From an uncultured Gammaproteobacteria bacterium (GTDB taxonomy: Bacteria > Patescibacteriota > Microgenomatia > UBA8517), in the NCBI GenBank assembly GCA_964583685.1, contig CAZOVJ010000001.1, positions 196,033-260,032 on the forward strand: 64,000 nt of DNA, in the 5' to 3' direction. The stretch's first letter is position 1, and every line of letters starts with the position of its first letter. The translations under genes and the position numbers were made by a program. Below, one piece after another: positions 24,380 to 33,342 of the stretch. Below the pieces are notes generated by a model. It worked only from the letters and a program-made list of their open reading frames with translations, was not told where the DNA came from and searched no databases.

Positions 24380-24892
24380 GTGACCACTAAGGCCTGCAAA
24401 TCAGCTTCAGATGATATAATTGACACTATGTACTCTGTTGGAGTTTTTGCGATTATTCTGAACGAGAAACAACAAATCCTGCTCTCTCACAGAAAAGATA
24501 TGGATGTTTGGAATCTGCCTGGAGGAGGAATGGAACCTGGCGAAGCACCACAAGGTGCACTAAAAAGAGAAATAAAAGAAGAAACAGGATTGGAGGTTAT
24601 TATTAAACATCTAGTAGCCTTAAACCCAAAACCACAAAAAAGTGAGTTAGTTTTAACGTTCGAATGTAAAGTTACACGAGGAAAAATCAAAGAAACAGAC
24701 GAGGCTGATAAACACGAATGGTTCAATTTAGACAACTTGCCACTAAATACCGTCCCCAAACAGGTGGAGAGAATATATCACTTTTTCAAAATGCCCGGAG
24801 AAGTATTTCTAGATGTTCAAAATCAGCCGAGCACTAAGGTGTTACTAGCAGAAGGGAAATTAGAAAAATTTAATAAGAAATTACTTAAATAA
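24380..24892 (+). CDS. NUDIX hydrolase
   Basis: 170 aa; Nudix box 'GGGMEPGEAPQGALKREIKEETGL'. Confidence 0.8.
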   Translation: MTTKACKSASDDIIDTMYSVGVFAIILNEKQQILLSHRKDMDVWNLPGGGMEPGEAPQGALKREIKEETGLEVIIKHLVALNPKPQKSELVLTFECKVTRGKIKETDEADKHEWFNLDNLPLNTVPKQVERIYHFFKMPGEVFLDVQNQPSTKVLLAEGKLEKFNKKLLK

Positions 24893-24893
24893 A

Positions 24894-24932
24894 AGTTCCT
24901 GACAAAGTTTACTAGCCCCTGCTTACAACATC
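24894..24932. repeat. R-type intergenic repeat copy 4
   Basis: AGTTCCTGACAAAGTTTACTAGCCCCTGCTTACAAC. Confidence 0.7.
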
Positions 24933-25571
24933 TACCCCGTAAATTCCACTTAATACTCCAAGAAACTCTTGAAGCAACTCATCTTCTGAGTTTATGGTTA
25001 CAAAAGAACTGTGACCTTCGTATATTTCGATTAACATTCCCTCTACATCATTTTCTATCCGTACTGATTCAAAATGTTTATAAGAAGGCCTTGGTCTCCT
25101 TTTGTCTACTTCCAACCACCATTTCTCTTCTCTGTCTTTCTCTGCTCCAGAATTGAGAAGTGGAACATTAGCTATACTCACAAAATGCAGGAGTATATCG
25201 GCATCGTAAGGATGAGAAGAGCCTAGATTTTGCCTACCCAAAGTGAGAATATAGGCTCTGTTTTCACTTTGCAGTAAAAACTCACCCCCATATTCTCTCC
25301 ACTTTACTGGAATCTTGGGGAATTCGTCATATTCCTCAAGGTATGATGGTCCAATCGTTGTGCGAGTAGTGATATGAATTGTACCGTTTTCGTCCTGAGT
25401 TCTTTCCTCTAAAGACTCCCTATCTCTTTGCAATCCTGGCTTGTATATCGAATATCCTTTTTCCCTAGCAAATGCCATAAGCTCCATTGGGATTCTTACT
25501 GATTCAGAGACAGGGTTAAGTTTGAATTCTCTGCTCTTTAAAGACGGTGTAGTCTTGCGTTCCTTAGACAT
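24912..25571 (-). CDS. hypothetical protein
   Basis: 219 aa ORF. Confidence 0.4.
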   Translation of the reverse strand: MSKERKTTPSLKSREFKLNPVSESVRIPMELMAFAREKGYSIYKPGLQRDRESLEERTQDENGTIHITTRTTIGPSYLEEYDEFPKIPVKWREYGGEFLLQSENRAYILTLGRQNLGSSHPYDADILLHFVSIANVPLLNSGAEKDREEKWWLEVDKRRPRPSYKHFESVRIENDVEGMLIEIYEGHSSFVTINSEDELLQEFLGVLSGIYGVDVVSRG

Positions 25572-25684
25572 TGTTTCCTCTTTAAGTTACGCTGTGAAAA
25601 TTATCGTTAACAAAAACATTTTATACGTTTCAAAACACAGTGCTTGATAAAAAAATGATATAATAATGACAAGATCAAACAGAA

Positions 25685-26818
25685 ATGAACTACCAATTTC
25701 AAGAATCTAGGCTTTCCACCATATTTCGCCAAGAGGATACACTGGCAACAAGAAAGTTAATTAATGAGTCTGTGTCGTTCACAGTTATTGGAATGCCTGG
25801 AATGGGAATCTCCTCTTTTCTTAAATTTCTGGTAACGCAAAATTTCGCTTATTTTATCCATATCGATTTATACGAACTCCCAGAAATGAATCGTCTAAAC
25901 CTTTACAGGCTTATAGCAAACAATCTGGGAGTGGAAGCGTTAGGTAATTTGTATAAACTTCAACAAAATATAAAAGCAAAACTAAGAATCCTTACTCAAA
26001 AACACAAAAGGGTTGTCTTAGTGTTCAACAGATTTGACCAAATTAAGGATGAGTTTAGCACCAGTTTTTTTTCTAATTTGAGAGGTTTGAATGAAGTGGA
26101 TAAAGAAAAGATAGTACTGATTTTTTCAAGCAATAAGCCTTTGTACCAATGGAGTTCTGAGGCCTTCGAAAGATCCAATCTTGACACTTTTGCAAAAGAA
26201 TATTACTTGAAGCCATACTCAAACAAAGAAATGATTCAATTGTTAAAACTGTACATGCCCAACTTGGCTCTCAACAAGAAGGCTGTTAACAAGTGTTTAG
26301 GGTTGTCTGGTGGCCACTTCCAGCTATTTCAGCTTCTCATCAAATCTCAACGCTCAAATCTCTTTCTTTCTGATAAATACATTTTATTGCAAATAAGACG
26401 TATCTACGAAGAATGCTTAACTTTTAGACAAAAACAACAACTTCAAAAAATCGCTCACCATAAAAAAGTTAATGACATAGATCCTTATCTTTTGAAGTTA
26501 GGAATTATCACAGAAATGCCTGACAGATATACCCTATTTTCCCCACTACTTAAAGAATATATCAGAAATTTATGTGTCGTGAACTTGTCTCCCTTGGAAA
26601 TAAAATTACTAAGATTGCTTAAGAAAAATATCGGAAAAATAACAAGTAAAGATGATATTTTCAACGCACTTTGGCCAGATGATCTTGAGAAACAAAGTGA
26701 TTGGGCCCTTAATGCTTTAATCTATAGAATTAGAAAAAACCCTGCATTTTTAGAAGAAGGTTATTCATTAAAGAATCATAAAAAGCTCGGTTATGCTTTA
26801 TCAAATAGGTTTGATTGA
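25685..26818 (+). CDS. putative ATPase fused to C-terminal OmpR/PhoB-type winged-helix DNA-binding domain
   Basis: 377 aa; degenerate P-loop 'VIGMPGMGISSFL'; C-terminal 'LSPLEIKLLRLLKKNIGKITSKDDIFNALW...SDWALNALIYRIRKN' matches trans_reg_C wHTH pattern. Confidence 0.5.
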   Translation: MNYQFQESRLSTIFRQEDTLATRKLINESVSFTVIGMPGMGISSFLKFLVTQNFAYFIHIDLYELPEMNRLNLYRLIANNLGVEALGNLYKLQQNIKAKLRILTQKHKRVVLVFNRFDQIKDEFSTSFFSNLRGLNEVDKEKIVLIFSSNKPLYQWSSEAFERSNLDTFAKEYYLKPYSNKEMIQLLKLYMPNLALNKKAVNKCLGLSGGHFQLFQLLIKSQRSNLFLSDKYILLQIRRIYEECLTFRQKQQLQKIAHHKKVNDIDPYLLKLGIITEMPDRYTLFSPLLKEYIRNLCVVNLSPLEIKLLRLLKKNIGKITSKDDIFNALWPDDLEKQSDWALNALIYRIRKNPAFLEEGYSLKNHKKLGYALSNRFD

Positions 26819-26918
26819 AAAATCAATCATTGTCTGCTTCACAAATACCCCAAACTTTCCTAAGACATCTTTCATTATCAAAAGGCATAACTATGTCCCG
26901 AGAATTCTGTCGGCAATA

Positions 26919-26978
26919 GGTTCCAACAAAGTTTACCAGCCCCTGCAATTTAGCTTCAAGAAGTCTCTGTCAGGAATC
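26919..26978. repeat. R-type intergenic repeat copy 5 (extended, with inverted terminal half CTGTCAGGAATC)
   Basis: GGTTCCAACAAAGTTTACCAGCCCCTGCAATTTAGCTTCAAGAAGTCTCTGTCAGGAATC; ends are imperfect inverted repeats. Confidence 0.7.
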
Positions 26979-27660
26979 TTTCAATATGCTTTATAACTAT
27001 ATTGCATTCTTTTTGAGAGTGTCTAAAGTCATGTCCCATATTGGGCTGCCTGATAACATATGGATTATTTGCATTGGTAACTATTTTTTCAGTTTCTTTG
27101 GGCGGAACACTTTTGTCTTCAAGCGCAATAAATATCATAATTGATTTGTGAATTTTTTTAACTTCTTCCATTGCTGAAAATTGCATTCCATCTTCCGCAA
27201 AGGTATAAGGTATATCAAATACTCTAAACTTTTTTGGATTATTAGGTAAATCTCTTTCTGAATGCCGAAATTCCTTTCCTTCCCAATTTAAAGATGAGCC
27301 AATTCTGTCTGCCACCGAACAAAGCGAAACAATTTTTGTAACTCCCTTAATTCTATTACCAGCGATAATTGCTACAAAAGCACCTAAACTATGCCCAATT
27401 AAAACTACTTCTTCTAAATCCTTATTTTTGTAAACATTAACTCTATCTGCAATTTGATGAATATAATTTGTGATTGTGTAGTTCTTCACATTACCTGTTT
27501 TCCATAAATTACAGGGGTCAAGTCTTTCAACCGTATACCCTAATTCTTTAAGTCTTTTCTCAAAAGTCCTTATATGAAGATAGTCGGGTGAATCCAAATA
27601 TCCTGGGAGTAATATCGCCAATTTCATAATAAGAATTATAACAGAAGTAGTTCCTAACAA
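26956..27660 (-). CDS. alpha/beta-fold hydrolase
   Basis: 234 aa; nucleophile elbow 'GHSLGA'. Confidence 0.6.
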   Translation of the reverse strand: MLGTTSVIILIMKLAILLPGYLDSPDYLHIRTFEKRLKELGYTVERLDPCNLWKTGNVKNYTITNYIHQIADRVNVYKNKDLEEVVLIGHSLGAFVAIIAGNRIKGVTKIVSLCSVADRIGSSLNWEGKEFRHSERDLPNNPKKFRVFDIPYTFAEDGMQFSAMEEVKKIHKSIMIFIALEDKSVPPKETEKIVTNANNPYVIRQPNMGHDFRHSQKECNIVIKHIERFLTETS

Positions 27661-27692
27661 AGTTTACCAGTCCCTGCAATTTAGCTTCAGAA
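27643..27692. repeat. R-type intergenic repeat copy 6
   Basis: CAGAAGTAGTTCCTAACAAAGTTTACCAGTCCCTGCAATTTAGCTTCAG. Confidence 0.7.
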
Positions 27693-27727
27693 TTGAAATA
27701 ATATTGCCTATTAACAATTAAAAGCAG

Positions 27728-28429
27728 TTATTCTTCTAACAATTTGAATTTATTATCCTGTGGTATATTCTCCTCTGTCTCCTTCCCGTCTATTAAGGAC
27801 AACTTAAAAGCCCTTGCATCTTTAGAAGAGATTAATATCCTGTATTTATTATCAATTATTACTATAGCAGAACAATCTTCAAGAGCAATCGTTGGAAGTT
27901 TCACTTTCCGTAAATTTCTCCAGATGAGTTTCTTCTTTTGATTTTCCTTTGGATAATGACAGACATTACTAAAATTGTTGACTAAACCTAGCCCCATATA
28001 AACTTTCTCTTTGCTTGAACTCAGACTTTTCCCAAACCAACAATAAGATCCTGAACTTATTCCCGAAAGAACAATGTTTCTTTTAGCGACGGTTTTCAAT
28101 AATTTATCTACACCAAACTTTTTCCAAATTTTCAACATTCTCTCTGTATCCCCACCGCCAACATAGATTAAATCAGATTTCAGGATTTTATTATTAATCT
28201 CTTGCCTTGTGGGAGTTTCTTTAACTAAGTAAAGGACATCCGTTCTGCATTTTAATTTTTCGCCATAAACTTTGCCAAAATTCTCAAAATAACTTTCTGA
28301 ATCATTACTTGCAGTTGGGATTAAAAGAGATTTCGGCCTTCTCTTACCAGTAAGTTTTACAATTTCCTTATCTATACTTAAGGTTTCAAAACTCTTTAAT
28401 TCTCCACCTCCAATAGCTACTATTCTCAT
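27728..28429 (-). CDS. peptidase E-like (S51 family) dipeptidase
   Basis: 233 aa; 'MRIVAIGGGE...LLIPTAS' N-terminus and 'GISSGSY' serine region. Confidence 0.55.
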   Translation of the reverse strand: MRIVAIGGGELKSFETLSIDKEIVKLTGKRRPKSLLIPTASNDSESYFENFGKVYGEKLKCRTDVLYLVKETPTRQEINNKILKSDLIYVGGGDTERMLKIWKKFGVDKLLKTVAKRNIVLSGISSGSYCWFGKSLSSSKEKVYMGLGLVNNFSNVCHYPKENQKKKLIWRNLRKVKLPTIALEDCSAIVIIDNKYRILISSKDARAFKLSLIDGKETEENIPQDNKFKLLEE

Positions 28430-28484
28430 ATACGCACATTATAGCAAGGGAATAAAGTTTTTGTGACTTCAAGCTCTTGAAACC

Positions 28485-28518
28485 AGTTCCTGACAAAGTT
28501 TACTAGCTACTGCAAATA
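28485..28518. repeat. R-type intergenic repeat copy 7
   Basis: AGTTCCTGACAAAGTTTACTAGCTACTGCAAATAC. Confidence 0.7.
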
Positions 28519-28522
28519 CAGA

Positions 28523-29470
28523 TCATATTATAGTACCCCTTGAGAAAACTGAAGAACGATTTGTAGGCTTTCCTTCTCCTGGCGTGTAGCTACAATAAGA
28601 TGCGACGGCCATAAATTGATGCATGAGATTTCTTCGCGCTTCTGGAAGTTCACCTATCATTTTTTTAAAACGATGTATGTACTCTGCAAGTGTTTCTGGA
28701 CTAAAGGAGTCAGCAATTTGATATGGTTTCATTGAATGAATAACATCGTTAGAAGATATGGCCCCTGAAAATTGTTGCATTTCATTAGGTTCTTCTATAA
28801 GAAGTGCATTGAAAAGGTTAGGTAATTGTCCAAAGTCGGAAACGCTATCAACCATATCATCAGCCATTTGCAGGCCAAGTATCTCATTCCTTGCCACCCC
28901 AATTATTTTTTCAATATCTTCATCCTTTGCGCCTGCAGATATTCCGATAACACGAATTATCATTTCTACCATGTCACCACTAGTTTGTTGCCTGTAGTTT
29001 AATACAGAATCATATGAGGTTTTAGAAGGCTTAAAATCATGAATAAAATTAGAGTGTGCATGAATTGCTTCTTTTTTATATCCAACAACTAATTTCCCCA
29101 GATCCTCTTTCGTCTCTTGAGAAAGGCCACTGCCATTAATTGTATTTTCAACCTTTTGAAAACGATGTTTGTCAGATACTCCTTTATGATGGATTTCCTC
29201 TAATTTAAAGCTGGATCCTGGCGGTTGAGAATCAAGATATGAATCAGCCCAAAACCAATAATCTATTACTTCTAAGACTATTCTGTTCACTCCGATTCTC
29301 TCACTTTCTTTTGGACCCAATTCTAAAAAACGAGAATAAGCTTTAATAAAAAATGTATTTGTTATGCTCGGTGGCTCTTTTCCTTCTAATCCAATTTTCC
29401 CCTTAATTGCCAGCGCCGCTAGTCTTAAAAATGCGCGAGATGTGCCCAGTATTCTTTCATGCTTTAACAT
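28523..29470 (-). CDS. hypothetical protein (possible isoprenoid-synthase-like, single 'DDMVD' Asp-rich motif)
   Basis: 315 aa; 'LGLQMADDMVD' resembles second Asp-rich motif of trans-prenyltransferases but first motif not found. Confidence 0.3.
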   Translation of the reverse strand: MLKHERILGTSRAFLRLAALAIKGKIGLEGKEPPSITNTFFIKAYSRFLELGPKESERIGVNRIVLEVIDYWFWADSYLDSQPPGSSFKLEEIHHKGVSDKHRFQKVENTINGSGLSQETKEDLGKLVVGYKKEAIHAHSNFIHDFKPSKTSYDSVLNYRQQTSGDMVEMIIRVIGISAGAKDEDIEKIIGVARNEILGLQMADDMVDSVSDFGQLPNLFNALLIEEPNEMQQFSGAISSNDVIHSMKPYQIADSFSPETLAEYIHRFKKMIGELPEARRNLMHQFMAVASYCSYTPGEGKPTNRSSVFSRGTII

Positions 29471-29581
29471 TTGGGGAATTTTAACAGAGTATGCATTAAA
29501 AGTCCCGTCTATTAGGTATAGAGAAGTTCCTGGCTAAGTTAAATCCCTATTTAAGAAGATATTGAGAGAATATCACCTTTT

Positions 29582-30016
29582 CTATTCCGTAGCTTCTCTG
29601 AACATCTTTGATCCTATTTGGATATTTTGAGCAGTAACGCTTCCGTCCGAATTTGTTTGCCCGATTACCATTATTTCTATCCCTTCACTTAAGTCTTCAG
29701 TCGAACCTTCTTCGGATTTATTTATTCCGGTAGAATTTGTGAGGATAACAATTTTGCTACTATCATCAGCTAGCCTTACCGTTACACTCGAATCATCCAT
29801 ACTTACAATTTCACCCCTTACGGTATTTGTTCCGCCGGAAACATTAGCTCTTTGGCCGAATTGACCCATTCTTTCTTGAAAATCCGATGGTAAATTCCTT
29901 ATAAATTCGGGGGTTTTGCTTTCTTGGTGTTTCATTCCCCCAAAGAAACCTGCTCCACCTGCAACTATGGCTACCACTAATGCAACTGCTATAACGTTAT
30001 TTTTCATATAAATCAC
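29582..30016 (-). CDS. hypothetical membrane-anchored/secreted protein
   Basis: 144 aa; N-terminal TM 'VIAVALVVAIVAGGAGFF'; first gene upstream of the ABC efflux genes. Confidence 0.4.
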   Translation of the reverse strand: MIYMKNNVIAVALVVAIVAGGAGFFGGMKHQESKTPEFIRNLPSDFQERMGQFGQRANVSGGTNTVRGEIVSMDDSSVTVRLADDSSKIVILTNSTGINKSEEGSTEDLSEGIEIMVIGQTNSDGSVTAQNIQIGSKMFREATE

Positions 30017-30025
30017 CCCCCTTTT

Positions 30026-31261
30026 TTACTCATACCTAAGTGCATCAATAGGTTCTAACTTCGCAGCTTTGCTTGCTGGGTACCAGCCAAATAGAATTCC
30101 GACTCCTGCTGATACTGCGAAAGCAAGTAAGACAGAACTAAACGACAAAACAAAAGGTAAGTTCATTGAGTTTGATATTATTGCCGAAATTGCAATTCCA
30201 ACCAAAGTTCCTATTGCCCCACCAATAAATGTGATCATTATGGCTTCTACTAAAAATTGGGTAGTTATTGTGTTTCTTTTTGCACCCAAAGCTTTGCGTA
30301 GTCCAATTTCGCGTGTTCTCTCAGTGACTGTCACAAGCATGATGTTCATTATTCCAATTCCTCCAACTAGCAAAGAAATTGCGGCAATACCAGAAAGAAG
30401 AGTTGTAAAGGTGCCAGTTATTTGGGTCATGGTACTCAAAATATCTTCTTGAGACATTATTCTAAAATCAGCTTGTTCCGGATTTTTTATTTTGTGTCTA
30501 GATAAAAGCAGGTTGCCTATTTCCTCTTGAGCTCGTACCATAACATCCTCGCTTATTGCGGAAACTGAAATAGAGCTGACATAATCAACACCAAAGAGCA
30601 GTTTTTGGGCTGTTGTTAGAGGAATATAAATAATATCATCCTGGTTCATAAAGCCACTTCCACCCTTTTCTTCAGTCACACCTATTACATTAAAAACTTG
30701 ACCGTTGATTCGGATAGTTTGGCCAACCGGATTTTGTCCTGAACCTGTCGAAGGATCTCCAAATAAATCTGCAGCTGTAACGGGTCCCAGAATGGCTACC
30801 TTGCTCATACTATCCACATTTCTCTGAGTGACAAAAGTACCAAGAGAAATGATGGTGTTTCGAATTCCTGCATACTCGGGAAGAACACCGGTAACGCTTG
30901 TATTGGTATTGTTTTTCCCGGCTACAACTTGAGTTCTTGAGGAATATTCTGCAGAAACTTTATCTACAGTTGTTATTCCAGGTGATGTCATTATTGCTTT
31001 TGCATCATTATAGGTTAACGTTGTTACATTTCCACCACCCCTAATACCACCTGATATTTGGGATCCCGGTGTTATCGTAAGAAGATTTGATCCGAGAGAT
31101 TGAATTTGACTGGTAATAAAAAGCTGGCTTGCTTGCCCCAAAGATACAAGTGCTATAACGCTCCCAATGCCAATTATTACTCCTAGCATAGCAAGTCCGG
31201 TTCTCACCTTGTTAAGGGTCAGAGTTGACAAGCTTTCGGTAACTAATTCAGATAATTCCAT
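30026..31261 (-). CDS. ABC transporter permease, MacB/FtsX-like
   Basis: 411 aa; N-terminal TM, large periplasmic domain, C-terminal FtsX-type 3-TM bundle. Confidence 0.7.
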   Translation of the reverse strand: MELSELVTESLSTLTLNKVRTGLAMLGVIIGIGSVIALVSLGQASQLFITSQIQSLGSNLLTITPGSQISGGIRGGGNVTTLTYNDAKAIMTSPGITTVDKVSAEYSSRTQVVAGKNNTNTSVTGVLPEYAGIRNTIISLGTFVTQRNVDSMSKVAILGPVTAADLFGDPSTGSGQNPVGQTIRINGQVFNVIGVTEEKGGSGFMNQDDIIYIPLTTAQKLLFGVDYVSSISVSAISEDVMVRAQEEIGNLLLSRHKIKNPEQADFRIMSQEDILSTMTQITGTFTTLLSGIAAISLLVGGIGIMNIMLVTVTERTREIGLRKALGAKRNTITTQFLVEAIMITFIGGAIGTLVGIAISAIISNSMNLPFVLSFSSVLLAFAVSAGVGILFGWYPASKAAKLEPIDALRYE

Positions 31262-31263
31262 TT

Positions 31264-31968
31264 TTACTTTCTCTTTCTAATTATTTTTTGTTTTCCGTTA
31301 TGATTATCGTTTGCGATTTTTCCATCACGAATTTTTATTATTCTTTTTGCAAACTGGGCAATTTCTTTTTCGTGAGTAATTATTAGAAATGTATGTCCTT
31401 GTTCGTTTAAATCTTGAAATATTTCCATAATTTCTATAGCTTGTTTTGTGGTAATGTTTCCAGTGGGCTCATCGGCTAATATAATACTTGGATTCATGCT
31501 CAATGCTCTTGCGATTGCTACACGCTGCTGTTGACCTCCAGAAAGTTGATTTGGGGTGTGTTCAATTCTGTCCTCTAAACCTACCATTTCTAGGTAATTT
31601 TTGGCCTTTTTCTCGCGCTTTTCTTTTTGGATGCCGCCATACATCATAGGAATCATCACGTTCTTTAAGGCAGTTACCCTTGGAAGTAGGTTATAAAACT
31701 GAAAAACAAAGCCAATTTTTTTATTTCTAATCTCAGCAAGTTCGTCTTCATCCAGATTCACAACGTCATGTCCGTCCAGTAGATACTTGCCAGTTGTAGG
31801 TTTATCAAGCGCACCAATTATATGCATCAACGTAGATTTACCACTTCCTGATGGACCCATGATTGCAACAAATTCACCCCTTTTTACCTCAAGAGAAACT
31901 CCATTCAATGCTTTTACCGTTACTTCACCGGTTTTGTAGACTTTGGAGACATTTTTTACCTGTATCAT
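31264..31968 (-). CDS. ABC transporter ATP-binding protein (MacB/LolD-type)
   Basis: 234 aa; Walker A 'GPSGSGKST', signature 'LSGGQQQRVAIARAL', Walker B 'ILADEPTG'. Confidence 0.9.
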   Translation of the reverse strand: MIQVKNVSKVYKTGEVTVKALNGVSLEVKRGEFVAIMGPSGSGKSTLMHIIGALDKPTTGKYLLDGHDVVNLDEDELAEIRNKKIGFVFQFYNLLPRVTALKNVMIPMMYGGIQKEKREKKAKNYLEMVGLEDRIEHTPNQLSGGQQQRVAIARALSMNPSIILADEPTGNITTKQAIEIMEIFQDLNEQGHTFLIITHEKEIAQFAKRIIKIRDGKIANDNHNGKQKIIRKRK

Positions 31969-31983
31969 ATTTCATGATAATTA

Positions 31984-33222
31984 CTAATGAATTATCCTTC
32001 CAGCTCCCCCACCACCAAAAATGAAACCACCGCTTCGTCCTTGAGTTTCCTGACTTGTTGAAGTAGTTATTCCGGTAGTTACCATGTCGCCCTCATTTAA
32101 TCCGGATGTAATCTCCGTTTGGGTATCGTTGAAAATACCAGTCTCGACAGGAATATTTAGTTCTCGACCGTTTTTTATTAAGGTTACCGATGCCTGGCCA
32201 TCTTGATATTCAACAGCTTGTGATGGGACAATCAAAACGTCACTTTTGGAATCAATAATTATGTTGGCAGTCGCTGTCATATTGGGTAATATTTGATCAC
32301 TGCTTGTGTCAAATTGAATAATGGTAGTGTAGGTTGTTACGTTATTGGTTATCATACCAACCCTATCGACACTTACCACTTTTCCTGTAAAAGTTTTGTT
32401 CGCGATTGAATCTAATGTAATCGTTGCTTTTTGTCCTGGCTTAATAAGGGATACGTCAATTTCTGAAATATTAAAGGTTACAATGGGCAATCCTTCTGTA
32501 GCGATAGTTGCAACTCTTTGATTCGCGCGAGCACCACTTGCAGTTTCTTGTGTACCAATATTCATGCCTTCGGCAACTGTTACACTTTTTACAACTCCTG
32601 AGGAAGGCGCAGTAATAATTGCGGAGCTGGTTTTATAAGCTAATGATGTCGAAGACAATCTGGCTCCTGCGGTCTTTACTGCATCGTAAGCCTTGTCGTT
32701 TGCAATTTCTGCCCTTGTACGGTCCTCTTTCATCTCTAGGCTCTCATCATCATCGTGTCCCTGTATTTCGTCATAGACAACGGCTAGTGATGCTTGGGTT
32801 AAGCGATAGTTATTGTTGGCAGCATTTAGAGAGTTCACAGCACTGATATAGGTTAAGTACGCAGAAGCTTGGTTTTGTAGTCCTTGAACGTCAAGATCAA
32901 TTTCGGCCAACTTTTGCCCAGCATAAACTTTATCTCCATCGCTTAGGTAAACTTTACTAACTGTTCCGCTTGCTTGGGTTGTAACATTTTCAATATTAGA
33001 CGAAATAATATTGCCTGAAGCTGCGACTGAAGATATAATTGTACCTCTTTCTATTTGTGCAGTTTGAATTATTGGCTTTTCTTCTTTTTTTCCATATTTA
33101 TTAAACAAAAAATATCCACCAAGCACTAGAACAATGATTACAGCAATCAATTTCTTGTGGTCACTTTTTAGCATATCTAGATAAGACAATATTCTCTTTT
33201 TTATATCTTTATACATAGTCAA
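31984..33222 (-). CDS. HlyD/MacA-family periplasmic adaptor (efflux membrane fusion protein)
   Basis: 412 aa; N-terminal TM, long coiled-coil hairpin region, beta-barrel C-terminus. Confidence 0.6.
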   Translation of the reverse strand: MTMYKDIKKRILSYLDMLKSDHKKLIAVIIVLVLGGYFLFNKYGKKEEKPIIQTAQIERGTIISSVAASGNIISSNIENVTTQASGTVSKVYLSDGDKVYAGQKLAEIDLDVQGLQNQASAYLTYISAVNSLNAANNNYRLTQASLAVVYDEIQGHDDDESLEMKEDRTRAEIANDKAYDAVKTAGARLSSTSLAYKTSSAIITAPSSGVVKSVTVAEGMNIGTQETASGARANQRVATIATEGLPIVTFNISEIDVSLIKPGQKATITLDSIANKTFTGKVVSVDRVGMITNNVTTYTTIIQFDTSSDQILPNMTATANIIIDSKSDVLIVPSQAVEYQDGQASVTLIKNGRELNIPVETGIFNDTQTEITSGLNEGDMVTTGITTSTSQETQGRSGGFIFGGGGAGRIIH

Positions 33223-33342
33223 TTTTAGGCACTTGAGAGCAAGTTTAGATATTATACTGAAAAGACATCCTTAAAGCCAAAGAAGTAGTTTATTTAATAA
33301 GATTTTTCCCTACCCCACCCAATATATTTTTTGAGTGCTGGA

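Noticed and set aside
19782-28518. CRISPR array interpretation of the R/S intergenic repeats
   Set aside because: The repeats are 0.5-1.2 kb apart and are separated by protein-coding genes, not 30-40 nt spacers. There are two different repeat families, no cas genes and no regular periodicity.
28523-29470. Calling the 315-aa protein a polyprenyl synthetase
   Set aside because: Only one Asp-rich motif (DDMVD) is visible. The first DDxxD motif and the surrounding helices are not recognisable, so it is kept as hypothetical.
19500-29500. Classical integron (intI + attC array)
   Set aside because: No tyrosine recombinase/IntI-like ORF is present anywhere in the window. Only one repeat copy (26919-26978) shows attC-like inverted ends. 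The finding is kept only as an integron-like or tRNA-targeted cassette hypothesis.
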